64,000 nt of DNA, from assembly GCA_965603825.1 (NCBI GenBank), contig CBFDEM010000010.1, positions 310,001-374,000 on the forward strand, in the 5' to 3' direction. The translations under genes and the position numbers were made by a program. Source of the DNA: Blepharisma stoltei ATCC 30299. Its lineage: Eukaryota > Protista > Ciliophora. Positions 58,898-64,000 of this stretch are shown piece after piece. Numbering within the stretch: the first letter of the stretch is position 1; the number at the start of each line of letters is the position of its first letter. A model generated the notes under the pieces. That model was not told the origin of the DNA. It searched no databases and was given only the letters and a program-made list of their open reading frames with translations.

Positions 58898-59665
58898 ATG
58901 GAAACAACTCATCATGAAGGCGTTGAAATAGACCCTAAGCTCACCGACATCGCTTTAGAGCAGAATCCTAGCCTCATCCAACTGCCGAGCTCAGATAATG
59001 ATACTTGGCCAAGCTGGCCAAGTTCTCCTCATTCAAATTTAGAAAGAGGAATGGACGAATATCTAGATAAAATGTTCGAAGACAAAACCGAGTCTCAAGA
59101 GGAGTCTCCAACCGCTGCTTCGAGCTTGAAAAAGAAAAGAGGAAGAAGGCCTCTTCGACCGCATGATCCAATTAAGAAGAAAACCGAAGAAAAGGATAAA
59201 TATTGGCTAAGAGCTTTTCGAGCTTATATGAAAGAACTATACCCAAAGATTTCAGATAAGATGGGCTTAGAAGAGCAGGTGTTTTGGAATGAGCACTTAG
59301 GATCTAATGGAAAGCCTGAAAAAGGCAATCGGTTTTTATCTTATGGAAAGCGATATAAAAATTATCTATTCACCAGACCTTACTTTGTGACGCTATTTCA
59401 AGATTGGTTTAAAGAGCATGGCAAGGCTGAACTTTCAAAGAAATGCAAGCCTGGAAGTGATCTTTGGTTCGTATTTTACGACTACGCGACAAAAGATTTG
59501 CTAAACTATGTCCCAACAGGGAGTTCTTCTATAGATGGAAGAGAGTCCCCACTTAGTTGTGCATCACCTCCAGGAGAGACACAGGATGAAATGGTCAATG
59601 AGCCCATGGATTTCTTTATGGTAGACAATGAAAGTGAAGATATAATTGAGTCATTTTTTAATTAA
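58898..59665 (+). CDS. Uncharacterised nuclear protein with basic KKKRGRRP motif and aromatic helical domain
   Basis: KKKRGRRPLRP..KDKYWLRAFRAYMK..FLSYGKRYKNYLF..LWFVFYDY; acidic tail. Confidence 0.75.
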   Translation: METTHHEGVEIDPKLTDIALEQNPSLIQLPSSDNDTWPSWPSSPHSNLERGMDEYLDKMFEDKTESQEESPTAASSLKKKRGRRPLRPHDPIKKKTEEKDKYWLRAFRAYMKELYPKISDKMGLEEQVFWNEHLGSNGKPEKGNRFLSYGKRYKNYLFTRPYFVTLFQDWFKEHGKAELSKKCKPGSDLWFVFYDYATKDLLNYVPTGSSSIDGRESPLSCASPPGETQDEMVNEPMDFFMVDNESEDIIESFFN

Positions 59666-60319
59666 TGCCATTCCTATAGTTAAGTAAAATAATTTACTAG
59701 CTTATAATTAAGTATAAAGGAAGCTTCTAATTTTTCTTTTAAATATTTATTGTTAATATTTATTTCTTTTGTGACTTTATAAGATCTGAAGAAAATTAAT
59801 AGTCAATTTATTAAGAAAATCTATAAAAAACTTTTAAAAATCATTTAATTTTATTTCTTTATTTATTTTCATAACTTATTCTGAGCTGTTCTTTGCGAAA
59901 AAAATAGATTATCTCTACAGATTTTATGAGTTTAATCAGAATATTTATCACCAGATCAAAAGCGCATATTGATACTTTATAATCAAATCCATTTAATATG
60001 AAATGAAATATACAAGAGTTAAACAAAGGATTTTTTGAGTAAAAGCGTTAATTGTGGCTTATTTTCTTTTTAGAGTTCAGATCTAATATGAAGTTTCATC
60101 AAGATCTGCTCAATTCTGTCCCCTCTGGATGAACTATGGATCATTTCTTTTTCTTTGACTGCATTTATCATTGATATAAATTTGTGTGTTGATCTCTTAT
60201 TTTGTCAAATTGAATTCAAGACAATTCAGCAACAATATTTTTAAATTATTTAAGTTAATTTGAATGAATGCAGATATCAAATTTTTACGTTTTGAGTATT
60301 ACTAAACTTTTTTCTTATA

Positions 60320-60695
60320 TTTTCCTAAGAACATTTAAGATGTTAGCAAGCTGATTGCAGATTTTTTTCTCAGCTCTGACTCTTCCATGCGAAGCCATAA
60401 ATATTGGAAGCTTCTATTAGTAGAGTCTCTGAATTCTTGAACTTTTTGCACGATTTCTTCAGGGAAGTACTTTCTATGCCTAAACAGTGAAGAAGTTTTT
60501 TAAGGTCTTTTGTGCTCTAATTCGTTCTTCGTCGACCATATCGCTATATCCTCCTTATAAATTAATATTAGTCGTAGTGCCTGTTGTGCTTTCTGTAAGA
60601 TTTGCTTCATATACTGCATTTTTTAGCTTCAATAATTTAATTTCCTCTTCTATAGTTGCGACAGTTTGATTTTTTGTACATATCAGCCCATATAT
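60320..60695 (-). pseudogene. Possible decayed coding remnant
   Basis: GLICTKNQTVATIEEEI...NL*GGY.. and RHRKYFPEEIVQKVQEF.. look coding but need frameshifts and contain TAA/TAG. Confidence 0.3.
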
Positions 60696-61107
60696 ATGGG
60701 AAAAAAGATATTAAATAATTCTTATTTTATTATTATAATTATTTATTATTATCTTTGACGAAATTATAGCTATATAAGTGTGAGAAAATTGTTATTTTAT
60801 AATAATCAATTTTTGGGAAAAAATAAAGAAAATGAGTTTCAAAAAAAAAACATTAACTAGCAGTTACAGAAATAGGAAACAAAATTTCAATTGATTTGAA
60901 GCTAATTTGTTTTAATAATGAAAATTTACGTCATAACAATTCTCTTTTAAATAAATAAATATATGTACATATTTTATAATTCATATTTGCATGAAATACT
61001 CATTCAACACGTTTTTCAGCCTTTTTAATCTGAAACACTATCAAATTTTTGCCTAAATTAATCTGCATTAATCTCACCCTATGCATTTTCTCTATTTATA
61101 ATAGATC

Positions 61108-62799
61108 ATGGATCCAAAAACACTTGGCGATCAGCATTCCCAATCTCCGGAAAAGTCCGCACCTTTTACTAATCTTTGTAAATTCTATATAGATGCAGAC
61201 TTTTATTCTCTAGAGAACCCTTTTTCAATTTTCAAGACTTCAGGAGGAGCAAATCCTAATCTCAGCCCTCAATTGCAATCAAAAACTCAAAACTCCAGCC
61301 CAAATCTAAGAATGGCTGGATTGCAAAAATCAGCCCCAAATAGTCTAAGAAAAGTGATTCCTCCACCTCCTGGGTTTGAATGGGCACAAGACACCGAATT
61401 TAGTGACAAAAGTAGTCAATCAGATCAAAAATGTGACAGCCCTACGTTAAAACTGATTCAGCATGAAGATTCATATCAATCTATGGAAGAACTTGTAAAC
61501 GAGCTTAAAATCTGTAAAAGCAAGCTTTCAAGAGCCGAAAAAGAAGTTGAAAAATATAAAAGTTCTTATTATACATTGCTACAATTGCAAGATTCTTCCA
61601 ACGAATCAAGAGTAGACAAGCTGTTTCAGTATTTTAAAGTAGACGAAAACCTTAGCGAATGCAAAACCTGCAAAGAAACTCATGAAGAAAATTTAGCTCT
61701 GCATGAAAGAATTGCGAAATTTTCAATTGAGAATAATAAAGTTTTGACTAGCTTTCATGATCTATTTACCCAATTTCAAGCTGTTCAGAATGAAAATAGA
61801 GAACTTTTAGAAAAATTCAGGATGGCAATGGAAGGGAAACAGGTCACTTTTAATTGTACAGTTGATAGATGCTGCAGCCTTGCCAAAGAGTATAGAGACC
61901 AGCTTTTCATGAAACAGAGAGAGACAGAAGAATTGAGGGCTGTTTTAAATACAAATGGTAATAAGCATGCCTCGAGGTCGAATAGCACAGAAGAAGGAGA
62001 CCCTGAGAAGGAAACAAGGCAGTGGCAAAGAAAAGACAGATCCAACTCTAATAAACAAGTTACGATCCTGGAGTGCCAAGAATGCCTTAATAAGCAATTA
62101 AGAATTGCTGAAAAAGATAGTATTATTAAAGAGCTTCAAGAATCTTTAAGTCCTTCTCCAATTCATTCTAGGAGTCTTGATTCATATGCCAGCAATAAAA
62201 ATTTCCAAGTTTTAAAAGAAAGGTTCAGGCAAAAACTTTCATTTATCAGAAATTTACTTGGAGAGCCAAGACAAATCGTACTTCCTGGGCAAAAAGCACT
62301 GATTAGTCTTATTGAAAAAAGAGAAAGTTTGGAAAGATGGTGGAGTAAAAGAGCTGAGCTTTCCCAAGAAAGCGAATGGATAAAAGAAGGCCAGCAACTG
62401 ATTTCTCAAACGTGTGTATTTGCTAAAGAAGCTTTAGAACTGAAGCCAACGATCAAAGGAAGACCAGGCCGTGAGATGAGAATGAGCGTCCACAAGCAAG
62501 TTATTGAAATTGAGCAGGCCCTCAATGATTTGACTTCTTTGACTTCAGAAGTCCAAGAAATCAAGCGAATGTTCTTAGAATTGCCGTATCTTCTTAAACC
62601 AATGTTTGATCTGATGAAAGAATATGAGCAGCAAAGCTCAGGGATCGAGCTCTCTCCAGACTTGAAACTTGAGTCTGTCATAAGTGAACTAAAACTATTG
62701 CAAGAGTCATTAGGCGACCAGCAGAGCCAAATGGAAAACAATGAGCAGTTTGCTCCTGTAAGAAGAACTTCTAAAAGACATAGAACTAATGCATCATAA
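61108..62799 (+). CDS. Coiled-coil hypothetical protein (563 aa)
   Basis: Long ATG..TAA ORF; PPPPGF motif, heptads, CxxC pairs. Confidence 0.8.
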   Translation: MDPKTLGDQHSQSPEKSAPFTNLCKFYIDADFYSLENPFSIFKTSGGANPNLSPQLQSKTQNSSPNLRMAGLQKSAPNSLRKVIPPPPGFEWAQDTEFSDKSSQSDQKCDSPTLKLIQHEDSYQSMEELVNELKICKSKLSRAEKEVEKYKSSYYTLLQLQDSSNESRVDKLFQYFKVDENLSECKTCKETHEENLALHERIAKFSIENNKVLTSFHDLFTQFQAVQNENRELLEKFRMAMEGKQVTFNCTVDRCCSLAKEYRDQLFMKQRETEELRAVLNTNGNKHASRSNSTEEGDPEKETRQWQRKDRSNSNKQVTILECQECLNKQLRIAEKDSIIKELQESLSPSPIHSRSLDSYASNKNFQVLKERFRQKLSFIRNLLGEPRQIVLPGQKALISLIEKRESLERWWSKRAELSQESEWIKEGQQLISQTCVFAKEALELKPTIKGRPGREMRMSVHKQVIEIEQALNDLTSLTSEVQEIKRMFLELPYLLKPMFDLMKEYEQQSSGIELSPDLKLESVISELKLLQESLGDQQSQMENNEQFAPVRRTSKRHRTNAS

Positions 62800-62840
62800 T
62801 AATTGAATGGGTTCTATTAATCCGCAATAAAAAAATAATT

Positions 62841-63251
62841 ATGAAACATAACTTTTCTCATCCAAATAGACTTATCGCAAGATTTGAAGAAGACCACCTG
62901 ACAAGACGGCATTTAATTAGTTTAAATTCAGTCAAATCGACATTGAACCTTAAAAACACTTTTTTTTCTGAAAATTTGAGGAAAAGAAAAACGACGATGA
63001 GAAATAAAAGAATTGGACTAAAAGAAGTGAGCGCTTTATCACCTTCCTCATTCAGCAAATCGACCGTCCATTTAAGTCCTATTATCAGACTCAAAAAAGC
63101 TAGAAATCATATTGTAAGCTTAAAATCTAAATTAGAAGAAAAAGATAAAGAAATAAATAGACTGAAATCTGAATTAGCAGTATGGCAGCATATAAATATT
63201 AATAAAGATGCACCAACTCCAGATATAAACCCGATGCTAACCCCGGATTAA
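62841..63251 (+). CDS. Basic hypothetical protein (136 aa)
   Basis: ATG..TAA ORF with C-terminal coiled coil. Confidence 0.6.
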   Translation: MKHNFSHPNRLIARFEEDHLTRRHLISLNSVKSTLNLKNTFFSENLRKRKTTMRNKRIGLKEVSALSPSSFSKSTVHLSPIIRLKKARNHIVSLKSKLEEKDKEINRLKSELAVWQHININKDAPTPDINPMLTPD

Positions 63252-63383
63252 GCAATAAAATACGCATTAATTTCTTCATATATCAGCATAAAGCAATCAA
63301 TTAATAAGATACCAAATTAATTTCCCATCCACCCAAAATGATTTCATTAATCAGTAATTTTTTTATCATAGAATTTGTAATTA

Positions 63384-64000
63384 ATGCGTATAGCTAGACT
63401 CATGGCCAGGTCCTTCGCAGATAAGCGAAGTTATTCACGGGTTCCTGCAAAGGCTCCAGAGATGCCAAAATACTTGACGGAAACATACTGATGGGCTTAT
63501 GTTCACCCTAATGCAGTTTGGTTTTTCGAAAGACAGTGGCTAGTCAATTTGATTCTTTGGGGCAATTTTAATCGCTTAAGAGACCATGCCCTGAGAGAAA
63601 TAAACTTCCCAAGCAAGACTTTACAAGTTGCATGCGTTTATGGAAACTTCACCGAAGAGCTCGCTCGTCTTTCAAACTCGGAATCTGAAGTTCATGTTGT
63701 TGATGTTGCTGAAATCCAACTTGAGAATTTAAGAGAAAAATGCAAAAATGTAAAGAACCTACACGTCCACCACCAAGATTCCACAAATTTGGCATTTGAG
63801 GACAATGCTTTTGATAACACAGTGGTCTACTTCTTGCTGCATGAACAGCCTGAAGAAGCCAGAAAATTGACCGTACAGGAAGCTGTGAGGGTCACAAAGC
63901 CTGGAGGAAAAGTGGTATTTATCGATTATCATGGGCCGTCGAGGCTAAACCCATTCCGCTATGTGATGATTCCGATCTTAAAAAACTTGGAACCATTCGC
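63384..64000 (+). CDS. rquA: Rhodoquinone biosynthesis protein RquA with mitochondrial targeting peptide (3'-truncated)
   Basis: MRIARLMARSF..PKYLTETY(W)WAYVHPNAV..VNLILWGNF..TLQVACVYGNF..VVDVAEIQ..FLLHEQP..PGGKVVFIDYH..LEPF. Confidence 0.9.

Noticed and set aside
980-63094. Many short antisense or alternate-frame ORFs in the track (e.g. 3244..3549, 9929..10270, 48561..48908, 62406..62741)
   Set aside because: Shadows of real genes with no recognisable motifs
1-64000. Mass pseudogenisation or selenocysteine as explanation of in-frame TGA
   Set aside because: TGA aligns to Trp, not Cys, and swaps with TGG between paralogs; frames continue cleanly to TAA/TAG
1-64000. CRISPR arrays, telomeric repeats, transposase or reverse-transcriptase genes, rRNA
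   Set aside because: None seen; retained IESs cannot be identified without germline/soma read comparison

Overview
AT-rich, gene-dense eukaryotic DNA, best explained as the macronuclear genome of a heterotrich ciliate of the Blepharisma type. TGA is read as Trp (TAA/TAG remain stops) and spliceosomal introns are 15 nt long, so the supplied standard-code ORF track fragments or misses many genes. Re-read with TGA=Trp and nine 15-nt introns, the window holds about 45 protein genes, including a polo kinase tail, CK1, SAC3, RMD5, OLA1, Derlin, a cAR/GCR1-type GPCR, a GUP1-type MBOAT, a UDP-sugar transporter, a ~1910-aa LNR/beta-helix/multi-TM surface protein, a double-E2 enzyme, RAP, TRIM-like, VIT-vWA, TBC, R2R3-MYB, IQ-MORN and a mitochondrion-targeted rquA at the right edge. 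It also holds one tRNA-Glu with an unusual C33, a 2.3-kb tandem duplication and several pseudogenes. Highlights: rquA (rhodoquinone synthesis); an intronless catalytically dead E2 gene inserted, with an apparent target-site duplication, into a decayed receptor paralog; a pseudo-pyrophosphatase; an unnamed KKEYLRCK protein family; and gene-specific TGA/TGG usage. All calls come from manual translation and recalled motifs; no database search was run.
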